From assembly GCA_964270895.1 (NCBI GenBank), contig OZ185435.1: DNA of 64,000 nucleotides. One strand, given 5' to 3'. Source of the DNA: Podarcis filfolensis (Eukaryota). This document shows positions 48,286-60,900 of the stretch, piece by piece. The position numbers and the translations under genes are program-made. Every line of letters starts with the position of its first letter. Position 1 is the first letter of the stretch. The notes beneath the pieces were generated by a model. It ran no database searches. It was given only the letters and a program-made list of their open reading frames with translations, and had not been told where the DNA came from.

Positions 48286-51200
48286 TCAGAATATCACATC
48301 ATAACTGACCAGGTAGCCATCATTGTACATGTATAGCTTGTGATCATTGGGGTTGTAGCTTATGCTTTGCGGTGTGCCTGTGAGCTTTTCCAGGATGATG
48401 TCCATAGAGCCTTCTGTGGCTGTGTTAGTGTCATATTTGTAAAAGATCTTCTCCTTGTGTTCACTCACCCGCATCAAGGCATACATCACCCCACAGATCA
48501 TGAAGGTACCGGTTGCCTTAGGCTTGTACAGTGAGGTTTGCCATGACTTGACTATTGTCAAAGTATTGGGATCCAGCTGCCCAATCATTATTTTCCCCTT
48601 GTTTTTTTCTGTGGAGTAAATGAGGCACAGTCCATTCTCATCCCCGGAGAAATCAAAGTCCTGCCAATTGATTCCGCTATAAGAGTACCAGTTGTTGAAC
48701 ATGGCGTCTTCGACGGCCTTGCGGTGGACCTTACTGGTTGCCACATCCAGCTTGCACAGGTTCCTGGAGTTGTAGCAGTTGTAATAGAAGCTGCCGTTGT
48801 ACAAAATAGTTCCGCTTCCCTGCCCACAGTTGATGTAGTTCCAGGTGAACCCAACAAACTCAGAAAGGCTTTTCTCTATTTGGTTTTTGTAGAGCAGCAG
48901 GTCGGAATAGGAGTTGTAGATGTGGTAGGTTTCTAACAAACGCTCGTCTGTGTTGAGCGGGGCAACCCAGTATGCGTCAGGATTCTTGTTTCCAACAGCA
49001 AAGTCCTTTCCCCAAGCTCCGAATTTGTAGCTTAAACCTCACCAGTTGAGTTTCACTATAAGTGGCTTGCTAACATTTATCAACACCTTGTTGTCGCAGT
49101 TACCTGCCAGGGAATAGAAAGGGAATTACTTTTGTTTGTGGCTCCTCTTGACAAGTTTTTCTCCGCCTTCAAACTGCTCTGAGGTTTTTTGTGTGTGTTT
49201 TTTAACAATCAAGAGGTGCATAAATTTTACAAGATAAGTAACTAAATCATCTTTGTTTTCTGTGACCATGTTAGGCATTCTGCTTGTTTCAAAAGCTCTG
49301 CCAAGTTTCATCCCACTGCATTTAGAAAACGGGTCAGGCCCCCAACCCAGACTCCTCTGCCCTGCCGTGTTTTCTCTGCATAATGCTTCCCAATTCCTCC
49401 TCTGTACTGTCATTGATCAGCTGTTCATTACATGTTTGCCTTCCAAAATTCTCACTAAAGCAGGTGGTCATCATCCCTTTTGGGATCATTTGCAAACCTG
49501 AGAACTGCTGTGAGCACTAAGCACAAGCACATGCTACATTCTATTAGTAAGTGCAACAGAATGCTTCTTTCAAGTCTAATGTCAAATGGCGGGGGGACCC
49601 TGTGGCACCAGAAGGGTTCTGCAGGCCTCTTTATAATATAAAGAACTATTAAGTGGGAGGTAATCCAGTCATTATTAGGAAATTCCTTTTACCCTGATCT
49701 CTACCGGTACAGGCTGAGAACTGATCTAGTGAAAGAGCTCAAGGCTTAAACCATAAAATTTTCCTGGGTCAGGTGGTGCCTCAAATAGCTCGCTGAGGAT
49801 GTGCCAGTTATGAGAAGAAGCTGGGTTAAGTTTGTAGGGTGTCCAGACTGAAGCAAGCATTCTCAGTGGTGGCTCCCTGTTTGTAGAGCGCTTTCCCCAG
49901 GGAGGCATGCCTTGTTCGCCTCTTCTTCATAAATAGTGGTCAGGTTCTTATAAGCGTTTTCCAGGATAACCATCAGATGTGAAGGAAAAGTAGTGTCGGG
50001 GAGTTTTATGCTGCAGATACATTTATTGTCTTCGTCATCACTTGCTATTGGTCCATCGTGGAAGATGATGTGATCTGCAGCAACCTGGGATGATGGATGC
50101 AGAAAGGCAAATGGGATGCTTCATCGCTTGATTTAGCCCTTTCTCATAACCTGATAGTCAACTAAGGTCAGGATAGTTTCCTGAGAACAGCAACCTGTTC
50201 AGGAAAGAGCTGATTGGTCAGCTTTAAAGATATTGGGATTCTAAGGATGTCATACCATTCACATTTACCTGAGCTGGGAGTAAGGTCCACTGAACTCAGC
50301 AAGGCTCACTTCCCTTCTGAGTATAGGATTGCACTGTAGATTCCATAGAAACTCTGTTGATACTTCCTTACTGGTTTCATTATATTTATTAAACAGAACA
50401 CCGATTGTCCATTACTGATCACTGTTTTGAATGGAGAGAACTCCCTACACATTATGTGTGCATGGGATATTTTTAGAAGAAGCTTGTTCTGTTCCTGGCG
50501 CTAATAGGTACTCGTTGCAGGGGAAACCTGGCTATCTATGGTAGCATAGACAGTATGTACTAGCCTAGGGTCGCTTACAGTTATTGGAACTGTTAGCTAA
50601 CTTCAAAGGACAGAGAAGCTCTTTATTGTGACTTGGCTTGGAGATCTGGCAATGCTGCTTCCTGCAGTGAGTGAAACTTACTGCAAAGGCAACAAAGCAG
50701 AGATAACTTGTGACCATTATGTCTAACCTCTGCTCTTATCTATTAGATGGAAGATATGTGTTGTAAGACACAAGGCACACAACCCTATCAGGATTTAATA
50801 TAAAATATCACTAAGATGGTTCTGCCACTTTTATTAGCAGGGGGTGCCTGGCGCTGCCTGGGAATTTTTAGAAACCTGTTGTTGTTATTTTTAAACGGAG
50901 TGTAATTTGTGAGTTTAGACATGTCCCGCCAAAAATTGGGTGAAGTCATGCCAAAGTCATGTTTTGGTCTGCCATCATGATTCAAGATGGTGTCCAGGAA
51001 GCCTTTGTAGAGTGGGGGGAGCCAGGCATACCTCAGAGGGCTAAGCCAGCTGGGCGACGGGGCAGGGGTTTGCTGGACTGTCATGCCAATAATACCCCAT
51101 TCCTCCCAGTCAACAGGGGACTTCTGCCATGGGTCTCAGACAAGCTCTGCACAGGCTTGGCATCCAGCATCCAAACATTGCCAAAGATTGCTGCCCCCAT

Positions 51201-51308
51201 CTTGGGAACCCTTGTGCAATGTTTCATTTTGATCTCGACAGATGACTGAACCTGTGCCAAAAATGGGCAAAGTAACACCAAAATAATGTCTTGGTTCACT
51301 ATTTTCAT
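48286..51308 (-). pseudogene. Olfactomedin-4-like secreted glycoprotein gene with one in-frame premature stop (pseudogene or null allele)
   Basis: Signal-peptide exon 51308-51252 (MKIVNQDIILVLLCPFLAQ). Exon 50084-49911 (VAADH...KCICSIKLPDTTFP...EEEANK, matching the OLFM4 CQCSVSLPDTTFP motif). Terminal exon 49103-48286 encodes a full olfactomedin domain (GNCDNKVLINVSKP, YWVAPLNTD, GQGSG, WQDFDFSGDENGL, FMICGVMY, YNPNDHKLYMYNDGYL) with TGA at 49041-49039. Confidence 0.85.
49855..49905 (+). mobile_element. Short L2-like fragment abutting the olfactomedin exon-2 donor
   Basis: Its reverse complement cctccctggggaaagcgctctacaaacagggagccaccactgagaatgc matches ccttccctggggagagcatttcacaaacagggagccaccacagaaaacgc at about 20589-20640 in the L2 copy. 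Confidence 0.7.
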
Positions 51309-51396
51309 TCAAAATGGTGCCCATTACCCAAACATCAATGTACACACTCACTCTTCCCACCTTGGAAATACTTGTGTCGAGTTTAGGCAGTGGAAG

Positions 51397-51475
51397 ACAG
51401 GAGTGCCTGGCGTGCTCTGGTCCATGGGGTCACGAAGAGTCAGACACGACTAAAAGACTAAACAACAACAAACAA
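51397..51475 (+). mobile_element. Bov-B (RTE) LINE 3' tail
   Basis: ggagtgcctggcgtgctctggtccatggggtcacgaagagtcagacacgactaaaagactaaacaacaac matches the Bov-B 3' end and its (CAA) tail. Confidence 0.75.
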
Positions 51476-51660
51476 CCACATATATATGTGTGCGCGCGCA
51501 GTAAGCTACGTATGCCGTAAACAGCACTGCCAGATCTCTAACGATTCCCAAGTCTGTTTGATCTGAGTTAATGGTTACAATGAGGTTCTCCGTGCAGGCT
51601 GGGTTAGGACGTACTGTTAGTGCCATTGAGTGTTCTCCTTGAGGCGGGTGGTTCCACTTC

Positions 51661-51668
51661 TATTTATA
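51661..51668 (-). promoter_or_regulatory. Candidate TATA box for the olfactomedin-like gene
   Basis: TATAAATA on minus, about 350 nt upstream of the signal-peptide ATG. Confidence 0.3.
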
Positions 51669-54640
51669 GCAACACCCAGGTGTGAAACAGCACTTGCTCT
51701 TCTTGCCAATGTTACAACAGCAAAACATGGAAAGGGGGAATTGTTCTTTCATACATTGGGGGGGGGTGGAGAGAGAAGATACTTGAGGTATTAGTTTTAA
51801 CCCAGGGTGGGACAGTAACTCTAATATATCACAAATAGGCGAAAGCATGGGAAAGACTAGGAAGGTTCAGGAAGAAACAGATCCTGCACTTCAGAGATTT
51901 TATAAAAGAAATTGCTGGATGTGGACATGATGGAAGAAAATGGGGTGGGTTTATGAAATGAGGGCGAGAGTCCTCAAAGGATCGAGAGCAGTTGGTAAAA
52001 AGGAAGGCAGAACAATTAGGAGACAGCAAAACAATAGAAGGGGAAAGTGTCAAGCAGAGGATGTGATCAACAGCACAGATCCAGAAGCCTTGAGACCTAC
52101 TCAAAGAAGGCACAGCCATTCACCAAGGATGTCAGAATGAAAAAAAAAAGCAGCAGCTGTTTCCTCCATTAGTACGCTGTGTATGCCCTATAATCAAACA
52201 CTTATTAATAGTGATGGATATTTTTTAAGGATCTCAACAGTCCTAGAGAGCAAATGGGGCAAACAGTATTTTGTTCACCTTCAGTCCCACAACATGGTAC
52301 CCTCACTCCTTTGCTCCTCTTGTCCCTTTATTTCCCAGCCTCATCCCTTCCTACTTGTCTAATGTTTGGCTCCTGTTCCAGTTTTGAGCACGTTCATCTC
52401 TCTCTTCTGCCATACCTCTCGCATGGCACCCTCCCATTACACATTTCGAAGGGATTCAGTTGCATATCAGAAAAATAAGTCTATACAATTCAAGTGGAAT
52501 AAGTGCTTTGCTGCAACAAAATCCACTTTTAAAAACCAGACTCTTTGCAATTTGGGAACTGCATGAAAATGTGTGGTATAAAAGATGGAAATATATATAG
52601 ATGGAAATATATATAACCTCCACACATCAGGATGAGTGTTCATCATTGTATAACCTCCCTTCAGATCAAGATGGCTGCTCAATAGGGCAGTCAGACATTG
52701 TATATCTGCACGTTTGGTTCAAGCAAATCAGGAAGACTGCTCAGTTTAACAGGTAATCTGAAATAATCCATCCAAGCTCAAATGAACAGTTTGTGTACTC
52801 TAATAAAGTAGCCTGTCATCCAGCTCTTACCTTCTTTTTTTTTTTTACCTAATGCACACTTACAGGAGCTATATGCACTTTGCTCACCAATTAGCCCTTT
52901 GGGTCAGTTTTTATGACCCAAGTCCCTAAGATGTATAGCTTTTAGGTATTCCTGGACCTGGACCTATGTCGGTATTATAACCCTGTCCAGAAAATCCAAT
53001 CAGGATCTAGATACTGTGTTACCCATGTTTTATATTCTATGTAGGCTACCATTCATTATTGTTCAGAAGTTTCAAGTGGTGCAAAATGAAGCAGCCTTTC
53101 TCCTTAGAAGAATAGTTTACAAAAAAAAGAGGGGAAAAATGTGAATCCAACAGAAAGATGTCCAGATTAGAACCCGATTGTTTTTCATTTATAATCAAAA
53201 GGTTCCTCATTTTAGCTAAACTACATGGGTCATAGGTTATTACCTCCCTGCCTCTTTTTAGATGGTTTCTAATGTTGAATGGTCTCATCACATGCAGCAC
53301 AGCAGCTATGTTCTTTATCCACGAAAGAGAATCATAGATTGGTTTACTCAAATTGCTTTTAATACTCCTGTTTTGCATCACATCACCACAAATTCCACCT
53401 CACCACAGTGCAGGGAGGTAAATCAATCTCACATCAATCCTTTTAATAGGCAGAACTGCTCAAACTGGTATATGTGCATGCATGCAATAAGTAATGACAT
53501 CCTTTAGCCTCTAGCATGAACTGGTTTAAAATCAGTCACACTTCTATTGTAAGGTCATTTTGGCCACTGTGCTCTGTAAAGTTGTCACACACCTACAATG
53601 TTACTGTGGCTAAGCAGAAAAGGAAAATTATGAAGTCTGGCAAAGCTTCACTTGGGGAGGGGTGGGGGGACATTTTGCAGACATATAAGGAATTTAAGCA
53701 GCTTGGGAACTTTCACACAGCCTAGGGTAAAATTTGTTGTGGGGGGAGGAAGGCCATAAATATGTGACAAAATAGAAATACAAGTGGAGGAAAGTCTGTT
53801 CAAAATGTTTGCATAGTGGCCACATGTACTCCATATTACTACAGATTCCTCCTCTGAGCAGAAATACCCATGAAGACAAGGCTGCATTTTGCTGAGGGAG
53901 ATGACAGGGACTGTGTAGCCTAAAAATAGGTAGGTACATTGGTATTACCCTCCCAAATGGAGAGTAGGGCTGTTCTCGAATGGTGTGTGGGTGAATGCAC
54001 ATACACAAAGCCATAAGGTTAGGAGGGGAAAGCCAGTTGAGCATGAGAGACTTCTCACCCCAACAAAACCAAATTTGGCTCGAATCAAAGATGATAAGAC
54101 CCAAAACGTAAGTCACGTGAACTCTGGACAGGATTACAGCTAGTAAACCATTGCAGGATATCACATTTGTGAAAACAGGCAAAGACAAGAGCCTTGGTGT
54201 ACCTGGAGCTGAAGCCTTTGTTGCCAATACTAGCTCCAAATCCAACTACTGGGTGAGTAAGGAGTTGGACTTATTATAATTTAAAGGCCCTTTAGAATAG
54301 GCATGTTTGATGTTTGCAGTTCAAGGTCAATCACTACTGAACATTAGCCAATTACAATGAGGCAGTGGGAGACTCCAACATTCAGTCTGGCCACAGTTGG
54401 GGGGCTTAAAGAACCCTCTGTGGTCAACAGCCACCAAGTCAATGTTGATTCAAGTCCACTCTTTTCACATATGCCAATACCATCAATAAGGCATGTCTAA
54501 AAATAGTGACACTATTAATGGCAAGTCCTCTCCATGGTTCTGGACAGTAAACAAGGAGACCTGTACTCCCTTATGGTCCTTCTATTTTTAGCACCTATTT
54601 TAGAACAGGGTTACTTAATAGTTATTTTTCAAGCTTGGCT

Positions 54641-54742
54641 TTTATTCAGTGATTCAGCCTCAAACAGTCCTCTACACAGCACTGATTCACTGTAAGATCC
54701 TACAGTTTACCCATGGGCAATAGCATTTGGCTACCATTTATT
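54641..54742 (-). terminator. Candidate poly(A) signals for RNF25
   Basis: TTTATT (AATAAA on minus) at 54641-54646 and 54737-54742. Confidence 0.45.
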
Positions 54743-54940
54743 ATTCAGTTATTTACTACAGTCCACAGACAGTAATTCTGATCTCTGAGGACAATATACC
54801 CCTATTCTGCAAGACATAAACCACCCATGGCCGAGAGGAGAATTTCAAGACAGATCTGCTTTTCCGTACAATCAAGGCCAATGGTTGACAGCACAACAAA
54901 ATCACCAGTGTTCATCCCTAGAAAAAGCCCCTCAAGCCTG

Positions 54941-57900
54941 CTAGGAGCCATCCTCAGTCTCTTGGCTCTGCAGCTCTCTCCTTGAGTTCAATGTGGTGCG
55001 TCCTCGGCCTCTTGGCACTTTAATATAAGATCCATGTTCTCTGCCCTTGGTCTTTTCCCACTGCCTACAATCCTGCATCCCACGGCGACCCTGCCACTTG
55101 GCCGACCCCCTGAGCTCATTATGGCTAACCTCCAAGTTTACTTCCTCACTGTCATGGGCTTGACTTTTCTGCTCCTGCGTCCATTTCCCCACAACATTTT
55201 TCTCCTCTCTCAAATACATTCCCTCTTTGGTTGGTGAGATTCCTCTGGTGCGCAGCTCTTTTTTCTCCACCAGTGAAGACACTTGGTCTCTGCTGCAAGA
55301 TTTTGAGAAGTCTTGATTGTACCTCCCATAGCTTCGCTGTCCCCTCTCCTTTCTCCAGTTGGGTCTTCTACTGAAGGTTCTGGATTTTCCCTCAACAGTG
55401 AGAAGACAATGAGTTTCTGCTGGTGTCTCCAGTGACTTGTAGCGCAGCTGCCAGCCAGGGCCTTGTATAGATGGTTTCTCCTCTCGAGTCCTCTCTCTCT
55501 TGCTATGGAAGTGCAAAGGGACAGGCGGTCTCTCTGGTTTTTCAGGTTCATTCCTCACTGGAACAGCAGCCTCTGCAGTTCCTTGGGTATGTTCTGAGCC
55601 TACTGATGGCCTCAGTTCCTTGTCAGTATCCAGAACATTTTCTGAGATGGCTACTTGTTCATGTTCAGTGGTATCTGGGGGCTAAAAATGATAGAAACCA
55701 AAATGAAGGGCAGAAAATGCATAAACCCAGCAGGCTTGATTCTCAGTCTGAGTGGCAAAGATCCCACAGGAATTAATATATCGATGTCGCCCCATCTGTC
55801 TTCCCCAGCCTTTGCTGCTTAAATCTTTACCTATAGTAACTTGCAAACTTGCCAGCAACAAGTGTCATCAGCACTTTAAAAGAATTGCCTAGGATGCAAA
55901 TATCAAAGCTCTCTCTTGTGCTACAAGACAGGATGTCTCAGCAAGTAAAAATTGCTACCTCCATTGTTTCATTCTTTCCCTATGACCATTATCCTCTTAG
56001 TACTCCTGCTGCCTGCACTAACCTTTTGCAGGCTGATGAAGTAGCGATTTCTTTCTGCTTCAGGGTCAATGATGCCTCCTTTCTCCTGCTGCTTCTGATA
56101 GATCAGGCGCAGTTGTTCTCTGTGCTGCAGTGTCTGTGTGTCAGGTTGGTACACCTCCTGAGGAAAGAGAGGCATGTAATTAGATGACTGGCCCAAACAG
56201 AGCCTTCTGGGTCTCTCCAGATCTGATGGGCAAAGAGGCTGCCGGGGGGGCAGGCAGAGAGAAAGACTGGGGGGAAAATGCAGCCTCCCACCTCCTTACA
56301 CAGGCAAGAGCATCTCATTAGTAAAACTCCAGTCACAGCATGCTCCTCCCAGAGGATTCTTAGTTAGAACCTAAGCTGGTATTTCTAAACACAACTAAAT
56401 GTACTACCTATTGTGTAACAGGGAAGCAAAGACACGGGTTGACTATATCTGTTGTTTCACTCTGTTAATACTTTTTGCCTAAATGAAGAAGGGGTGTGAA
56501 ACTAGCCTGCTATACAAACAATAAAATTTCTATGTGGCCCCTGGAAGGTTGAATAGAAAGGAAGACAGCTCCCTGGCTGAAAATAATTTCCTCTCCCTGG
56601 TGTAGAAGTAAAAATTGGGAAGAATGTTAGAACTCATAGCCACCTGCAGACGTACAGAGCACCAGGTATATGATTATTTGGAAATAACACTTAACAGAGC
56701 TCATTTGGAGAAATGGGGTTGCCCAACAGGTCCAATAAGTGAGAGAGATTAGTGAAGCAAGAGGCTGCCTGCCTGGTGCATCTTTTAAAGAGCAGCAAGT
56801 CCATGTGAAAGGTCTGTTTTGAAAGTTTCCTTACCATTGGCTGCTGTGGAGGTGGTGCTGCTTGCAATGTTGCAAGATCATAAACCAGAGGCTCCCTGCA
56901 CACAGGGCACTGCACTTCAAATTCCTGTACACAAGGTAATAACAACAAAATTCGGCCTTGGTTAGACCTAGTCATGGGATATACAGCTACTGTTCTCATA
57001 CTCCGCCAGTGTGTCTTAAGAGAGTAATATTTTCCTGATAAACTGCTACTCATCCTGGGGAGCTCTAGCACTCAACAACAGTGTTACTGGCAGAAGAGTG
57101 CTGTGCAGTTTGACTACAAGGATCACGGGGCAGCCTGGATTCTGAGCTCATCATCCAAGCCTCCTGGGAACTTAGTTAACTTCATTCTATAAACATCCAT
57201 CAGTAAAGCGTTCTCTTTTATAAGATGCTACTGGGCCTTCCTAACGCAATCACAACTTGCATCAAAGCTAGTGCAAAAATTATCTCAGAGTGAAGATTTA
57301 CCACTAGCAACCCTGCCCTCAGAACTGTTCTATTGTTTGGGAGTGGAGGAAGATAACTTTTGTTTCTTGGCAAAGCTTTTTTGTGTATGTTGAAGTCCAT
57401 TCACAATCTTTTCCACCAAGAAACACACCAACACAGGTGTTCAATGAGATATAATGTGAGTTTACTTTTTGGTCACTTGCACTGCAGCTGCGAAGATTGC
57501 TTTTATCTACAGAACCCCAGTTCTTTAGTATTTGAAGCAAAGGAAGATATGTTGACCATCTCCTCTGGTCTTTAACTAGATTCCCAGACTTTACACATCA
57601 CTTAACATTTTGTTCTCTGTAGACAAAATAACTTGCAAATGTGAAAGTATGCACAGCACTGAACCATGGAAAACCATTTCAACATTTATCTGGGAAAATC
57701 CTGTCCACAGCTCTCAACGCCATAACTAATAACCAAAATGAACTGGAAATGTTGATTCAGATTCAGATTCAGAAGCCATTCCTGGAGGAAAAAGTTGGTG
57801 AAGTTCTAGAAGCAGCTGTGGGGTGCATGCAAGGAGCTATTACCTCTTTGGGCAGAGGTGCCAAAGGCTGTACTCTTTCTTTCCTCTCTGCACGGATCTC

Positions 57901-60900
57901 TTCCTCCATATGCTCTGTATAACTGGCAAGGCAACGTGAGTGAAAGTAGTGGTAGCATGGCGTCTTAGTGAAAGCTTCATTTTCCTGCACAGGGGAAGGC
58001 ACAGATTCCTATTAATACAAATCAGCTACACTGTGCATTTTCAGCATACATTGAAATAATAATTCCCATTCAATCCAATTTCAATTCAATTCATATGTAA
58101 TATATGTGGATGCTGGCTCAGATTCAAACAATCACATTAACAGGGGCTTTTTGCACCCCATTCCCACTGTTACTCCCCTTCCCACTGTGGGGAGACATGC
58201 ACACACTTTTGCAGAACAGAATGCAACACAGCACTAAGGAAGGGATCTAGAGACATCCCAACAAATTCCCATTCCCTCTTCCTTCCTTTCTCAGTGAGTC
58301 CCAGCTTCACCTCATTCTTCCACCTCCTTATATTAGTGCTTTTATTCTCTATGGCTTACCACAAATGAAAACAAGATGCCAATCCAGCATGCCCTTACCT
58401 GAAAGCCATACAGGCAAATCACACACTGCCCATGAGGGATGTTGTTGTCTGTAAGGATTTCCTTTCCCTTCTGTGAAGACAGAGAGGGTCAGTTTGTCAT
58501 TTCACACAATAAAGGCGCAACAGCCCAAGCCATAGGTCTGGACAGCCTGCCTCCCCTTTCTGTTCTCTTACCTCTATTAGCTCATATAACATAGCTGTAC
58601 CCAGCTGGGCCTCAGCAGTACATTGTAGTGTCTGGGAAATCCTAAAATGGAGGCAAAAAAGGGGGCAGGGTAAGGAGAAAGGCTAGAATTGATGTCCAGG
58701 GAAGTGAGATGGCAAGAACTGGAGTGGCTAAATCAGCCACTTGCAATAGCAATCTCAACAGCAATACAGGATGGGCTCCAGCCTCTCACCCAGTATCTCA
58801 TCTGACATAGTAGCTACTTCAGTACAAATTAGAAGGAAGTGGTACCAGACTGAAATTGAAAAAGCAGCTTGAAGCCCTTCTAGGGGAAGGGAAAGCATGG
58901 AAGGGAAAGCAGGTTCTAGTAAGCCACGTGTAAAGAGCAACAGAAGCTGGGACTTTGTTTTGGATGAAGATGCTGCATTTCTGATACAGTAATGTACCAA
59001 GATGCATTGCCTCTCATCTCTTAATTTTGTCCACCTATCAATAACTTTTAAGGGAAAGATCTCCTTTAACGTGTATTCCCCCAATGCCAATTTTACACAC
59101 AAACACCATAACTAATTTATATGTACCCAAACATGTTGATTACATGATTAGAACTTCCAGTCTTGTTTGTAACCTCATTCCCGATGCTCCCAATCTTAGT
59201 AACATAGCAACAGCCTTCATAGCACAGCTCTAAATTAAGAGAACAGCTGCATAATACATATTCCACATAAGATCATTGGGCAGGTGGAACACAATATAAA
59301 GAAGCTCCCACCTCCCCACACTTTCCATTAAAAGTGTGACAGACTGAAACAAAGAAAACCTTACTTCTTGCACTGAACTGGAAAGAGTTTGCATAATACA
59401 CTTACTTTTGGATTTGCTCATCTGACAGCCCTCGAGGATTCTGGATGGCTATCTTTGGCACTTCATTTGGATACTAATAAGAAACAAAGCCAAGTCAAAA
59501 TGACTAGTACAGCCATGCTAAAGTGCTACATAGCAAAATATTCACTCAGGACATACAAGGCTTTACCTGAAGAGGCACGGATAGCACCAAGGTTAAGCAG
59601 ACATACTGAGACTCCTGGTCCTCTGCAGTTGCTGGATGAAGGGTGATAGATATTTCCCACGGCACAGACCTAGGGTTGAAGAGAGGCTCAAGTGAGAGTC
59701 TGGTGTCAAATGAAAGGAAGATGGAACAGGAGACATAATGCAGGTGGGTTGTTATTCCTTCCTTTCTCAGGCTGAAAGGAGATTGAAGCAGGCATAATGC
59801 AGACCTTTCATTCTTCCCACCCCATATTCTTACAAAGATAACTATTTCAGAATGGTAGTATCAAATACAAGGAGGGGAAAAAAGAAGTGACTAATATTTT
59901 GGGAAATTAACAAACATGAATCAGGGGTTGCAATTCATTCCGAGTTTGTGCAGGACACTGTAGTCTAATCCAAAAACAGGGTACAGTCTTCTAAACCAGG
60001 AATCAAGTTCCACAATGACATATGCAAGATCACAGGAGTGATCAATACCATAAAACAAAGAACCAGCAAAGGATCTGACAATGTTGCAATTACCTTCCAT
60101 TTCCTTTAGACACATGTAGCTCATCCAAGTAGATGGACTCCAAGACTTCCACTTCTGAAGGCAGAGCCCTGAGTAAGAAAAAAAAATATTAATATGATAC
60201 ATAAGGCTAATTTCCTCAGGTTTCTCCAGTCCATCATGTATGATGTTATGTGTGGGGCAGATAGAAATCAGTTCAATTCAGCTCAGATCAAGCACATCAG
60301 CCTCTTCCTGCTGGAACCGGACTGGCACCTCCCAGTATGTACAGAGCAGGACAGAAACACATAGAGACACACACACAACTCTTGCATGAGCTAATGCATA
60401 GGGAGTTCAATTCTCCCCCAGGGCCAACAATGACAGTACGTTGGAACAGTCCATCTGTCAATCACCTGATATCAATATGTCACCAAATGGTTGACAGGTA
60501 GGTGGTCCCACACACTTCTCAAAATTGGCCCATTGGGGTGGGAGAGATAAAGATCTAGCCCACCAGGGCAAAACTGCTTTAGAGTATCACCATGGCAGGC
60601 AAATCAGTGTTCAAGAAGAACAAATAACACATACATCACATTAGATGCCTACATTAATTTAAGTTTTGGGGGTCATGTAACCCATTTGTAAATGCTGACA
60701 TCTTGTGGCAATCCAACATAATAACCTGAATTTTAAAAATGCCACTAAAACACTTAAGAGGATAGGCACTTGTGAAGGGGCACAAAGTCTAAACTAGCAG
60801 ACCTTTGCTGCTGCCAGTGATAATGAAAACCACAAAAACATTTCTCTCTGGCTACTTCTCAGAATTTTACCTTACACACAATTCCCACAACAGTGGGTAG

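Noticed and set aside
49039-49041. TGA as selenocysteine or programmed readthrough in the olfactomedin-like gene
   Set aside because: The homologous residue is Arg rather than Cys, no SECIS was recognised downstream, and the context lacks the TGA-C readthrough motif.
53694-54245. 183-aa minus-strand ORF between the olfactomedin-like gene and RNF25
   Set aside because: Non-ATG start, no coding-like composition or motif, and no linking splice pattern found.
57844-57984. RNF25 RING reads HYFHSRC instead of HYFHCHC
   Set aside because: The zinc-ligand positions (C-x-H-x2-H-x2-C) are intact and only spacer residues differ.
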